Counted from the stretch's first letter, positions 10,853-20,009 are shown. The stretch is DNA of 64,000 bases from an uncultured Gemmatimonadaceae bacterium (GCA_963781585.1 CAWAGQ010000004.1:640001-704000), one strand, 5' to 3'. Notes: a model not told the origin generated them from the letters alone. Translations and numbers: made by a program.

Positions 10853-11721
10853 TCGAGGTTCTCCACCTGCTCGCGAATCCGCTCCAACTCCTCCTTTATC
10901 AGGACGACGTCGTTCAGCATCGCGGCATCGTTCGCCTTGCTGCCGGTGGTGTTGGCCTCGCGGAGCATCTCCTGAAGGAGAAACCCCAGTCGCTTCCCGA
11001 CCGGATCGTCCTCCTGACCCGTCAGCGTGCGTCGAAACGCCTCGATGTGAGAGCGCAACCGCGTCAACTCCTCGTGCACATCCAGGCGATCGGCGAGGAT
11101 CGCAATCTCGACGGCGAGGCGCTGCGGGTCGACTGCCACGCCTTCGGCGAGCTGCTTCACCGCCTGTGCGAGTCGCTGGTGCTGCTCCGCCAGTCGCTGA
11201 GGTGCGCGCAGGGCCACGCGCTCGATGGCCGCCTCGATAACCGTCAGGCGCTCGAGCAGGAACGCCATCAGTCGCGATCCCTCTTCCTCGCGGGAGCGGG
11301 TCAATTCCGCGGCAGCGGCATTGACCACCTGAATGAACGCCGCGGCGTCTCCGTCTTCCCCTTCGGTGATCGACGACACCACGTCGGGCATGCGCAACAC
11401 CGTAGCCACGTCAACATCTCCGGAGAGCTTGAAGCGCTGGTTCAGGCCGCGCAAAAGCGTCACGTACGCGGCGAACCGCTCCTCGTCGATCAACGGAGTC
11501 CCGGCAACGCCTCTCGCGATCCGGGCGGAGAGCGATACGTGTCCGCGGGTAACTCGCCGGCGCAACGCTTCCCTCACCTCGCCTTCCCAGCGCGACAGTT
11601 CCGCGGGGAGGCGAATGGTCGAGTTGAAGAAGCGGTGGTTGACGGAGCGAAGCTCAACCGCGACGCGGGCAGCGCCGACGGCCCCTTCCGCCGAGCCGAA
11701 CCCCGTCATGCTTCGTATCAT
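10849..11721 (-). CDS. yicC: YicC/YloC family endoribonuclease
   Basis: MIRSMTGFG, ELRSVNHRF, EELTRLRSH, GKRLGFLLQEMLREANTTGSK, REQVENLE. Confidence 0.93.
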   Translation of the reverse strand: MIRSMTGFGSAEGAVGAARVAVELRSVNHRFFNSTIRLPAELSRWEGEVREALRRRVTRGHVSLSARIARGVAGTPLIDEERFAAYVTLLRGLNQRFKLSGDVDVATVLRMPDVVSSITEGEDGDAAAFIQVVNAAAAELTRSREEEGSRLMAFLLERLTVIEAAIERVALRAPQRLAEQHQRLAQAVKQLAEGVAVDPQRLAVEIAILADRLDVHEELTRLRSHIEAFRRTLTGQEDDPVGKRLGFLLQEMLREANTTGSKANDAAMLNDVVLIKEELERIREQVENLE

Positions 11722-11758
11722 TAGTGAGGGCGTAAGTTATGGAACGACAACGACCTTG

Positions 11759-13675
11759 TCAATTGAAGAAGTTCCATCTGACGCCGTAGAAATTCATCTG
11801 CTTGGGCATCAGAAAGCCGGGCACCTGCGAATACTGCTCACCAAAGAGATTGCGGTACTGATAGCTGACCGTCGCGGTGAGCAATCGGATTTCAAGCAGG
11901 AATCCCCAGGTCCGGTACTGCGAAGACTGCACGATGTCGCCGGTCGAGATCGGAAAGAGCGCCTGGCTACGGTACTCGTGCGTGAGCGCCGCCATGAGGT
12001 GCAGGTGCCCGCTGGGGAATCGCCGCAGGAAACTGCTCTCGAAATACAGCTGTGACCGCGTCTGATATTGGGGCCGAAAAGCGTCCGCCTGGCTGTAGCG
12101 AACTCCGCGCACGTCGACTCCCAGGTCGCCCCAGAACTTTCCTCTCACACCGGCGAACACGCCCGTGGTGTGTCCCTGCGCTGCAGCTTGATAGCTCGTG
12201 TCGAACACGATCGGTGGGGCGAGCGATGATGTGTCACGCGTCATCGCGCCCCCCGTGAGCCAGACCCGTCCCAGGCGGACTCCAGCCTCGGCGAGCATCG
12301 ACGTGGATGCCGGAATGCTCGTGCTGCCGATTGGTGTGCGACGGCCCAGTGATAGTCTGAGTGAAACGTATGGCAGGGGTGAGAGGCGTGCCGCGAGTTC
12401 CGTCCGAACCACGCTGTCGCGCGGTGCGCGCTCGCCGAACAGGGACACGGTGGCCCGGCGCTGCTCGAACGATGCGCGGACGCTGGGCGCGAACGATGAA
12501 TGTCCGTGGTCGCTGGTGGACCGTCCCGTTGCGGAGAGCCGCAGGGGGCCCCGGCTCCACCCGCCTGCGATGACGTACTGGGGCATCGAGCGCGTCGTGT
12601 CGCCCGACAGTTGGATGGTGTCCGGGTGCTCGGGCGATCCCCCGGGACCACCGCCGTCGGGCCCCGGGATGGAATCGATGATCGGTGGCGGCGGTGGGCC
12701 GTGCAGGGCGAAGCCCTCAGATGCCGCCACGGCCTGCGCCCAGACTCCTTGTCCCGGATCGCCGTAGGCGACGCGCGCGTACGAGATCGAAGTCGAACCG
12801 TCCAGTTTCGGCAGATTCGTGAACGGGACCAGCGCAAGCTGTTCATCTCGCTCACGGCTCCGGCGCAGGAATGATGCATCGGCCGTCCATTTCTTCTTCG
12901 ACCAGCCCACGCGTCCCCAGAGAGACAGGTCGTGCGTGTCTCCGCCATTGCGCACGTCGCGTGTCCCGAACTGGTCCGCGCCCAGTTGGAGGGCATAGCC
13001 CGACCGGAATCGCCTGCCGTAGAATCCGCGAAAGGCGTTGGTCTGCAGGTCGCCGGTGCTGAAATCCACGCGGGTGGTGGGAGTCGTACTGCGCACCGTC
13101 CAGCTTCCCAGGTATACGCGCACTTCGTCCGCGGTCTGTTCGACGCGGGCGTCCTCGAGCGGCCACATGCTCACCATCGAGAGGTCCAGCATGCGACCCA
13201 TGCGGGGATCGAGCGGTTGTATCTCGATGCCGTCATAGAAAACCCGCACGCGCGAGAAGTCGCCCTGGTACGCCCCCACGTGTGGAGAGCCGATCCATCC
13301 GCTGCGGAACACAGTGAGTCCCGGCACGTCGTCGAGGAGTTCGCCGAAGGTGAGTGCGCCGCTGGCGAACAGCGCCGTTCGGTCCCATCGCAGTCCGTCG
13401 TCGATGTCGGTGAGGACCGGGACCTCGGCGTGCGCGATGGGCGCCTTGATGGTATCGGCGGCGCGTCGCTGCTCGGCGAGGTGGCGGAGGCTGTCCGCGT
13501 GGGCGCGCGCGCGGAGCGAATCTGCGCGGGCGCTGTCCTGCGGTGTCAGCGCGTGTTGGGCCGAGTCGCGCCTGGTGCTGGTGGTGTCCTGCGCCTGGAC
13601 CTGTCCGTGCAACGCCACTGCGGTGATCGCGCCGAGGCACGCGCGCCGCAGCAGCGCGCGCAGCGCCGTCGTCAG
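11759..13675 (-). CDS. putative outer-membrane beta-barrel protein with TonB-receptor plug-like region
   Basis: Signal-like N-terminus (..AVALHGQVQAQ), plug-like ELLDDVPGL...VRVFYDGIE, beta-strand-rich body, C-terminal YGVRWNFFN; CTG start at 13675 inferred from GGAGG RBS and overlap with the pepA stop. Confidence 0.65.
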   Translation of the reverse strand: MTTALRALLRRACLGAITAVALHGQVQAQDTTSTRRDSAQHALTPQDSARADSLRARAHADSLRHLAEQRRAADTIKAPIAHAEVPVLTDIDDGLRWDRTALFASGALTFGELLDDVPGLTVFRSGWIGSPHVGAYQGDFSRVRVFYDGIEIQPLDPRMGRMLDLSMVSMWPLEDARVEQTADEVRVYLGSWTVRSTTPTTRVDFSTGDLQTNAFRGFYGRRFRSGYALQLGADQFGTRDVRNGGDTHDLSLWGRVGWSKKKWTADASFLRRSRERDEQLALVPFTNLPKLDGSTSISYARVAYGDPGQGVWAQAVAASEGFALHGPPPPPIIDSIPGPDGGGPGGSPEHPDTIQLSGDTTRSMPQYVIAGGWSRGPLRLSATGRSTSDHGHSSFAPSVRASFEQRRATVSLFGERAPRDSVVRTELAARLSPLPYVSLRLSLGRRTPIGSTSIPASTSMLAEAGVRLGRVWLTGGAMTRDTSSLAPPIVFDTSYQAAAQGHTTGVFAGVRGKFWGDLGVDVRGVRYSQADAFRPQYQTRSQLYFESSFLRRFPSGHLHLMAALTHEYRSQALFPISTGDIVQSSQYRTWGFLLEIRLLTATVSYQYRNLFGEQYSQVPGFLMPKQMNFYGVRWNFFN

Positions 13676-15147
13676 CTCGTCCTCCCCCGAACGAATTCCA
13701 CAAAGGTACCCACTGGCACGCCGGTGGGTCCGCGCGGAATGATGACGAGATCCGTCTCGCTGTAGGCCGTCCCTGCCACGTCGAGGTGCACCCACGGATA
13801 GTCCACGAACTCCTGGAGGAACTTGGCGGCCGTAATGGTGCCGGCGGCGCGTCCGCCGGTGTTCTTGACGTCAGCCACGTCCGACTTGATGAGCTCCCGG
13901 TACTCGTCCCACAGGGGGAGTTGCCACGCCGGTTCGCTTGCCCGGCCGGCGGCGCTCACCACCTCGCGCACCAGACGGTCGTCACCGCCTAACGCGCCGG
14001 TTGCGGCGCTGCCGAGGGCCACGACGCAGGCGCCGGTCAGGGTGGCCGCATCGATCACCGCCTCCGGCTTGAAGCGCTTCACGTAGGTGAGCAGGTCGGC
14101 CAGCACCAGCCGGCCTTCGGCGTCGGTATTGATGATCTCGATGGTGCGACCCGAGCTGGCCGTCACCACGTCGCCCGGCTTGACGGCGGTGCCCGACGGC
14201 ATGTTGGTCGTGGCGCCGAACACGCCGACGACGTTCGCGCGGAGTCCGAGGCGCGCAATCGCTTCCATCGCCCCGATCACGCCCGCCGCGCCGCACATGT
14301 CGAACTTCATGAATTCCATGCGATCGGCCGGCTTGATGGAGATGCCTCCCGTATCGAAGCAGAGTCCCTTCCCCACCAGCACAATCGGTCTGGCGTCCTT
14401 CCTGCCCTTCCGGTATTCCAGCGTCACCAAGCGGGGCTCCTGCGGTGTGCCCTGGGCGACCGCGAGAAACGAGCCCATCTTCTCGCGCTCCATTTCCTTG
14501 CGACCGAGCACTGTAACCTGCATCCGGTGGCGCTTGCCGATGTCGCGAGCCACGTCAGCCAGGAGATCGGGGGTGCAGAGATTCCCCGGCATCATCGCGA
14601 GACGCCTGGCCACCGCGTATCCCGACCCGAGCGCCAGCGCCGCGGCCAGCCCCCGCCGCGCGCGGGCGGCGTCGGCCACCAGAATGGTGGCCGCCGTGAG
14701 CGGTGCGCGGCGTGACTCGTCAGGCGGCGGAGTCCTGAGGTCGTTGTATTCCCAGCTGCCGAGCTGCACTCCCACTCCCACCCCTTCCACACCGCGCGCG
14801 TCCAGGCGCCCACCCCAGACGGTCATCGATCCCACCCCCATTCGTTGCGCCTGGCGCGCGGCCAGCGTGGCCGCGCGGCGCAGCGCCAGCCCCACGTCCT
14901 TCGGAGTGCCGATCCCGACCAGCAGCAGCCGCCGGGCCCGGCCCTCGCGTCCGCTGAGGTGCAGGGTCTCGTCGCGTTCGCCGCGGAAGTCGCCGCGCTG
15001 CAGCGTCTGCGACAACAGCCCGTCCGTTGCGGCGTCGAGCGGTCGCAGAGCAGGAGGAAGCCGACGTGATGCGGGGAGCAAGAGCACCAGAAGCGGTGTC
15101 GCGACGCTGGTGACGTCGGACGACCGAACTTCGAGCGAGAGGGGCAT
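13672..15147 (-). CDS. pepA: leucyl aminopeptidase (M17)
   Basis: LVGKGLCFDTGGISIKP, MKFDMCGAA, NTDAEGRLVLAD, ATLTGA, HLDVAGTA. Confidence 0.95.
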   Translation of the reverse strand: MPLSLEVRSSDVTSVATPLLVLLLPASRRLPPALRPLDAATDGLLSQTLQRGDFRGERDETLHLSGREGRARRLLLVGIGTPKDVGLALRRAATLAARQAQRMGVGSMTVWGGRLDARGVEGVGVGVQLGSWEYNDLRTPPPDESRRAPLTAATILVADAARARRGLAAALALGSGYAVARRLAMMPGNLCTPDLLADVARDIGKRHRMQVTVLGRKEMEREKMGSFLAVAQGTPQEPRLVTLEYRKGRKDARPIVLVGKGLCFDTGGISIKPADRMEFMKFDMCGAAGVIGAMEAIARLGLRANVVGVFGATTNMPSGTAVKPGDVVTASSGRTIEIINTDAEGRLVLADLLTYVKRFKPEAVIDAATLTGACVVALGSAATGALGGDDRLVREVVSAAGRASEPAWQLPLWDEYRELIKSDVADVKNTGGRAAGTITAAKFLQEFVDYPWVHLDVAGTAYSETDLVIIPRGPTGVPVGTFVEFVRGRTS

Positions 15148-15264
15148 GAGTGGTCCGGGAGGTGAAAGGGTGCGCGCGGCCCGCACGGAACAGGTCGCAG
15201 CGCGGCGGGCTGCGTTCGGCGGTGGCGAAAGCTAGAGGCCTCGGCGAACGACTTCTAGGTCGGA

Positions 15265-16233
15265 TCACACCACCCGATCAGGTGGCTCGCTCCCATCCAG
15301 GAAGGCCGCGATGTTCGCAAGGGCGCGATGGCCCATCGCCGAGCGCGACTCTGTCGTGGCGCTGCCCAGGTGCGGCAGCGCGACGACGTTGTCGAGGGCC
15401 AAGAGCGCGGGATCGACTGCCGGTTCGCGCTCGAACACGTCGAGCGCGGCACCTGCGATGGTGCCGTTTCGGAGGGCCGTTGCCAGCGCGCGTTCGTCGA
15501 CCACGTCGCCCCGGCTGGTGTTGATCAGGAAGGCCGTGGGGCGCATCTGTTCCAGGCGGCGCCCGTCGATCAGGTGATGGGTGTCGGGGTTTGCCGGGCA
15601 GTGGAGCGACACGAAATCCGATTGGGCGAGCAGGTCATCGAGGCTACATCGCTCGGCGCCGAGCTCGCGAACGAGGGTGTCGGGCGCGTCGTGCCGCGTA
15701 TGGTACAGCACGCGCATCCCGAAGCCGCGATCGGCGCGCAGGGCCACCGCGCGGCCGATCCGACCGAACCCAACGATCCCGATGGTCCGACCCGAGACGC
15801 GCGTGCCTAACAAGTAGGTCGGACGCCACCCGGTCCAGCGGCCCGCCCGGAGGTCGCGCTCGCCATCCCGGAACCGCCGTGCCACTGCCAGCAGCAGGAG
15901 CATCGTGAGATCGGCGGTGTCTTCGGTGAGCACGCCGGGGGTATTGGTCACGACCAGGCCGGCATCGCGGGCGGCATCGAGCGCGATGTTGTCGACGCCC
16001 GCGCCGAAGTTGGCCAGGAGTCGCGCCCGGAAAGGCGTGCTCTTCAGAACGGCTGCGGTCATCTGATCGGACACTGTGCACAGGACCACATCCGCTTCGT
16101 GCAGGGCCGCGATCAGCTCGTCAGGCGTGAACGCATGATCGTCGGGATTGAGCCGGGCGTCGTACAGTAAGTGCAGCTCGTGCTCGACGGGCGCGGGCAG
16201 GCGTCGCGTGGCGATGACGGTCGGCTGCGGCAT
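15265..16233 (-). CDS. D-2-hydroxyacid (glyoxylate/D-glycerate) dehydrogenase
   Basis: GAGVDNI, TNTPGVLTEDTADL, GIVGFGRIG, INTSRGDVVDE, LDVFEREP, PHLGSAT. Confidence 0.92.
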   Translation of the reverse strand: MPQPTVIATRRLPAPVEHELHLLYDARLNPDDHAFTPDELIAALHEADVVLCTVSDQMTAAVLKSTPFRARLLANFGAGVDNIALDAARDAGLVVTNTPGVLTEDTADLTMLLLLAVARRFRDGERDLRAGRWTGWRPTYLLGTRVSGRTIGIVGFGRIGRAVALRADRGFGMRVLYHTRHDAPDTLVRELGAERCSLDDLLAQSDFVSLHCPANPDTHHLIDGRRLEQMRPTAFLINTSRGDVVDERALATALRNGTIAGAALDVFEREPAVDPALLALDNVVALPHLGSATTESRSAMGHRALANIAAFLDGSEPPDRVV

Positions 16234-16481
16234 GTGGAACAACCTATCGACGTGGGGTCGGGAGCTGGCGACTGACGCGCCGCGTCGATCGGCCAACCCG
16301 CTTCACGGCATCAGCTTGTTCGCATGTCCTGGCGCGCGTCCTTCTGTCAATCTCTGCGGTGCGGTTCCGAATCAAACTGGCCGACGGGGACAAGTCCCTG
16401 TGTCGCAACGAAGCAACACTCTTACCCGCCACTTCTCGACTGCGAACATGGTCGCCATGTTTACGCCGATCTTCTGGATCG

Positions 16482-16567
16482 CCTTCCGTTAAAGGGCAAC
16501 CCGTCCGCGAGGACGGTGCGCAAAGCGCGGAGTCTCATCCCCGAGACGGTCCCGCTACCGACGAAGG
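16482..16567 (+). ncRNA. cyclic di-GMP-I (GEMM-I) riboswitch
   Basis: AAAGGGCAAC-CCGTCC-GCGA-GGACGG-TGCGCAAAGC-GCGG...CCCGC-TACCG, closed by CCTTCCGT/ACGAAGG; matches GEMM-I layout (P2 GNRA loop, CGCAAAGC junction, UACCG); ends 54 nt before the next ATG. Confidence 0.8.
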
Positions 16568-16621
16568 ACCCCAACCAACGCCTGGTCTGGGACGACTCCA
16601 CTCTTCGGGAGGTAGACGCAC

Positions 16622-17494
16622 ATGTTTCCCCAACATCTGGCGCGCGCATCGCTCGCCATTCTCTCGCTGGCTGCGCTCGCGGCCTGTGCCGACGGTCCGA
16701 CCGGCACATCGACGAGTCGGGTTCTGGTCCAAACTCCAGCCGCGGCCATCCAAACGCCGGGCGGCGGCGAGCTCTGGGTGTGCAAGGCAGGCAATACGGC
16801 CGGCACGTTCCACTTCGCCATCTCGTACTCGCACAAGTCGGGTCCCGGATCAGCGGTCCCGTCGAACCTCGCGTTGACGTCAACAGATGTCGATGTCGGC
16901 AGCTGCGTCGAGGTGGCGAGTTCTCCCGTGACCGGCTCAGACGTCTACCTCGCGTCGATCGTGGAGACGGGGCAGACGAACTGGGCCCTGTCCGCGGTCA
17001 CCGCTATCAAGGGAAATGGGTCCGACGTCACGGCCTCGCTCACCATCAATCTCGGGACCCTCACGGCGAGCGGCGCCCGACTGGGCAACGACCGCGGCAC
17101 GACGGTTGTCTTCACCAACACGTTCACCCCGCCGACCGTAACGCCGGAAGGCTGCTCGCCGGGCTACTACAAGAAGCACCTCCAGCCGGGCAACGACCAA
17201 CTCCTGGGCGACATCTTTTCCAGCACGCCGGGCGCACTGGCAGGCTACACGCTCCAGGACGCGCTGCACTTCGAAGGTGGTCCAACCCTGACCGACAAGG
17301 AAAAGATCCTGCTCCGGCAGGCGGCGGCCGGATACTTCAACATCGGGTGGCTCGGCGCCCCGCCGTACCCGCTGTCGCTCACGGACCTGCAGAACCTCGT
17401 CAATGACGCGCTGGACACTGGCAATGCGACGACGATACTGAACGTGAAGGACCAGATCGCCGGCGACAACAATCTGGAAGGGCCGAAGTGCTGA
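16622..17494 (+). CDS. secreted lipoprotein, hypothetical surface protein
   Basis: GGAGG RBS; lipobox LAACADG; Thr/Ser-rich beta region, then a GCSPGYYKKH...LLRQAAAGYFN...YP domain. Confidence 0.75.
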   Translation: MFPQHLARASLAILSLAALAACADGPTGTSTSRVLVQTPAAAIQTPGGGELWVCKAGNTAGTFHFAISYSHKSGPGSAVPSNLALTSTDVDVGSCVEVASSPVTGSDVYLASIVETGQTNWALSAVTAIKGNGSDVTASLTINLGTLTASGARLGNDRGTTVVFTNTFTPPTVTPEGCSPGYYKKHLQPGNDQLLGDIFSSTPGALAGYTLQDALHFEGGPTLTDKEKILLRQAAAGYFNIGWLGAPPYPLSLTDLQNLVNDALDTGNATTILNVKDQIAGDNNLEGPKC

Positions 17495-17547
17495 CCTGAG
17501 GTCGCGGATCCAGCCGCGCCACAGCGCGGCTGGTGTGGTGGATGTGC

Positions 17548-17580
17548 GAAGGGCCCTCCTCGGAGGGCCCTTCTGCTTTG
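17548..17580 (+). terminator. intrinsic terminator-like hairpin after the lipoprotein gene
   Basis: GAAGGGCCCTC-CTCG-GAGGGCCCTTC (11-bp stem) followed by TGCTTT. Confidence 0.7.
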
Positions 17581-17733
17581 CTACGCACCCGCGTCTGGCG
17601 ACCTGATGAAGGCGTGGTCCATCGCACCGGCAAGACTTCTGGCACCGCGGCATAAGCGACGATCATTCCCCACCGGCGGCCCCTTGGGTGCGCCGATCGT
17701 CCGCCTGCGCGCCTAACGCTCGGTCGAAATGAG

Positions 17734-17789
17734 TGCCCAGGACGAGACTCGAACTCGTAAGGGCCGAAGCCCGGCGGATTTTGAGTCCG
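17734..17789 (-). repeat. att site: displaced 3' part of tRNA-Leu
   Basis: TGCCCAGGACGAGACTCGAACTCGTAAGGGCCGAAGCCCGGCGGATTTTGAGTCCG, identical to 32608-32663. Confidence 0.97.
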
Positions 17790-17901
17790 AACAACGACGG
17801 GTGCGGTGTTTGCCGGTGTTCGCCGATGTTGTTGTGTGAGCGACCGTTAGGCACTTCGGTTCATGTGCTGCGGGAAGCATGTTTGACGATGTTTTGCGGT
17901 G

Positions 17902-17934
17902 GTTCTAGCACAGTTCTAGCACAGTTCTAGCACA
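17902..17934 (+). repeat. three tandem 11-bp repeats GTTCTAGCACA, probable integrase arm-type sites
   Basis: Exact 3x repeat ~110 bp inside the att site; same motif 2x at 32522-32542 near the other end. Confidence 0.8.
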
Positions 17935-17951
17935 ATCAACCAGGAAGGCCA

Positions 17952-18977
17952 GTGCACACGACACCTGATCTGGAGCTGTTGCGCTCTGTTGGAAGCGGCC
18001 AAGTCTGGGCCATCGACCCCGATCGGTTGGAGGCCGTGCTCGGCCTTGCCACGCTCCGCGGTGCGCAGGCCGGACCGGAGCGCCGAGGCGTGTTGGCCCC
18101 GCGCGCTCCGCTCGTTACGGGCGGCGTCGCCGTGCTGCCGATGCATGGCATCCTCGTGCATCGCGCGTCGCCGCTCGCGAACCCGCTCGGTGCGGTGACA
18201 TCCACCGAAGCGGTGGGCCGGTCGTTGGACGACCTGCTCTCCCACGGGACGGAGACCATTGTGCTGGAGGTGGACTCGCCCGGCGGGGAATACGACGGCG
18301 TTCCAGAACTTGCGGACAAGGTATTTCACGCGCGGAGCCGGGCGCGCATCATCGCCGTGGCGGATAGCCTGGCGACGGCTGGCGCGTACGTCGTGGCTGC
18401 GGCGGCTGGTGAACTGGTGGTGAGTCCGTCGGCGGTCGTGGGCGGGCTCGGCGTCTTCACCATGCACGATGACTTCTCGGCGATGTTCGAACGGGTCGGG
18501 CTCACACGGACGGTGGTGCGGGCGCCAGCCTCCAAGGCCGAAGGCGCGGGGAATCTCCCGCTCAGCGCGGCGGCCCGCACGGCGCTCCGGGCGACCGTGC
18601 AGACGGTGTACGCGACATTAGTGGAGTCCGTGGCGCGCGGCCGGGCCGTCACGCCCGCAAGGGTTCGCGACGGGTTCGGCCAGGGGCGTACGGTCATGTC
18701 AGAGCGCGCCGTGCGAGAGGGCATGGCCGATCGCGTGGCCACGCTCGAAAGCGTCGTGCGCGCGTATCAGCGGAGCGCGCCGCCTCTTGGCCGGAACGCC
18801 TTCCGGGCGCCCGCGGAGTCCCCGCCGTTAGATGCTGATGCGCCTGGCGCATGGATCCGCTGCGATGCCGACGACGCCCCTGATCCATTTGCGGTAGAGT
18901 GGGATCGGTTCTATCGGCCGCGCGACGGAGGGAACGCCGCGGTACTTCGTCGGCGGCTCGAGTTGGAAACCGACTGA
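17952..18977 (+). CDS. S49-family (SppA/phage head protease-like) protein, predicted catalytically inactive
   Basis: WAI, GVAVLPMHGIL, LEVDSPGG, SKAEG, VARGR, FGQGR, GMADRVATLE; the ASAAY and GSIGV motifs read TAGAY and GGLGV. Confidence 0.85.
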   Translation: MHTTPDLELLRSVGSGQVWAIDPDRLEAVLGLATLRGAQAGPERRGVLAPRAPLVTGGVAVLPMHGILVHRASPLANPLGAVTSTEAVGRSLDDLLSHGTETIVLEVDSPGGEYDGVPELADKVFHARSRARIIAVADSLATAGAYVVAAAAGELVVSPSAVVGGLGVFTMHDDFSAMFERVGLTRTVVRAPASKAEGAGNLPLSAAARTALRATVQTVYATLVESVARGRAVTPARVRDGFGQGRTVMSERAVREGMADRVATLESVVRAYQRSAPPLGRNAFRAPAESPPLDADAPGAWIRCDADDAPDPFAVEWDRFYRPRDGGNAAVLRRRLELETD

Positions 18978-19032
18978 TATGCTCTATGCCGCGTCGTCCG
19001 AACAAGCCGCCTGACGAAGCTTCGCGATGGTT

Positions 19033-19140
19033 AGGGCACAGAAAGGGCACAGTCATCCAGGAGGGCCATGTGCACATGACACGCGATTTCGAGCTGTTGC
19101 GCTGCGTCGGGACGCGGCCAAGCCTGGGCGATCGACACCA
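19033..19140 (+). pseudogene. degenerate second copy of element-end repeats plus the 5' end of an S49-like gene
   Basis: AGGGCACAG x2 at 11-bp period, then CATCCAGGAGGGCCATGTGCACATGACACGCGATTTCGAGCTGTTGCGCTG..., which aligns with 17936-18020 and carries a frameshift. Confidence 0.7.
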
Positions 19141-19256
19141 CGCCGTTGCTAGAGGCGCACGGCGGCGCGCTGTCGGCTGACATGCTGCCCGAGTCTAGCC
19201 TTACCACTGCTGACGGGCTATTGTCTCGTCCCTCCCTGAGCCCGAGGAATGAGAGC

Positions 19257-19697
19257 TTGAGAATCGCGCTAGCCGCCGTATGTGACTACGCAATAATGGA
19301 CCAAAGCGGCAAACTGAGCCTCCTTGGGTTATTCGATGAGTTGCGAGCCGTCTCCTTCCCGGTGGCGCATCCGCGGATGTTTGTATGTCTCCGGATCCAG
19401 TGCGAGCCGATTGAGGCTAACACTCAGCACAGGTTGCAGATACGCTTGCAGGACGCTGATGGGAACCTTGTCTTGCCGGAGGTATCCACGCAATTCACAG
19501 TGCCGGATCGGCGTGCCGATCAGCCACATATGGCCGTCCAACTTGTACTAGAGATGGGTGGCGTTCGCTTCCCGCGGGCCGGCGAGTACTCTTTCGAAGT
19601 GGCCATCGATGGCTCGCATGTTCAGACCCTTGCGATTCGTGTCCAGCAGTTCACCCCAGGAGGTCCCCAAGGCGGCCAGCGTCCGAAATTGCGCTAG
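19257..19697 (+). CDS. DUF6941-like beta-sandwich protein
   Basis: AAVCDYAIMDQSGKLSLLGLFD...FPVAHPRM...GVRFPRAGEYSFEVAIDG; TTG start after GAGG. Confidence 0.7.
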   Translation: MRIALAAVCDYAIMDQSGKLSLLGLFDELRAVSFPVAHPRMFVCLRIQCEPIEANTQHRLQIRLQDADGNLVLPEVSTQFTVPDRRADQPHMAVQLVLEMGGVRFPRAGEYSFEVAIDGSHVQTLAIRVQQFTPGGPQGGQRPKLR

Positions 19698-19700
19698 ACG

Positions 19701-20009
19701 ATGGCGCGCCACGTGCCGGGCAGGGCTTGGAAACTTTATGCGCGGATGTTGAACAGTCGTGCGGGTTGGGGACAGCGCGACTTCCACAAGCTGTACAAGG
19801 GCTTCGGATTCGAGTGTCGGGAAGGACGCGATCGGGTCTATTTCCACCCCGATCATCGCGGTGTGATTCCGATAGCGATGGTTGCAAGACATAATGAACT
19901 ATCAAAGGCATATACCGACGACGCCATCGAGCGCGTCGGCCGGCTCATCGCCTTAGAGCAATTGACGCAGGAGAAAATACCAAATGAGTACGATGATGTT
20001 CACGGATGA
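19701..20009 (+). CDS. HicA-like toxin
   Basis: W...DFHKLYKGFGFECREG...YFHPD...VARHNELSKAY pattern; precedes a HicB-like gene. Confidence 0.6.
   Translation: MARHVPGRAWKLYARMLNSRAGWGQRDFHKLYKGFGFECREGRDRVYFHPDHRGVIPIAMVARHNELSKAYTDDAIERVGRLIALEQLTQEKIPNEYDDVHG

Noticed and set aside
17734..17789. Second tRNA gene
   Set aside because: Only the anticodon arm to 3' end is present; the acceptor 5' strand and D arm are missing, so it is the att duplication.
17902..17934. CRISPR array
   Set aside because: 11-bp tandem units without spacers and no cas genes; better explained as arm-type sites.
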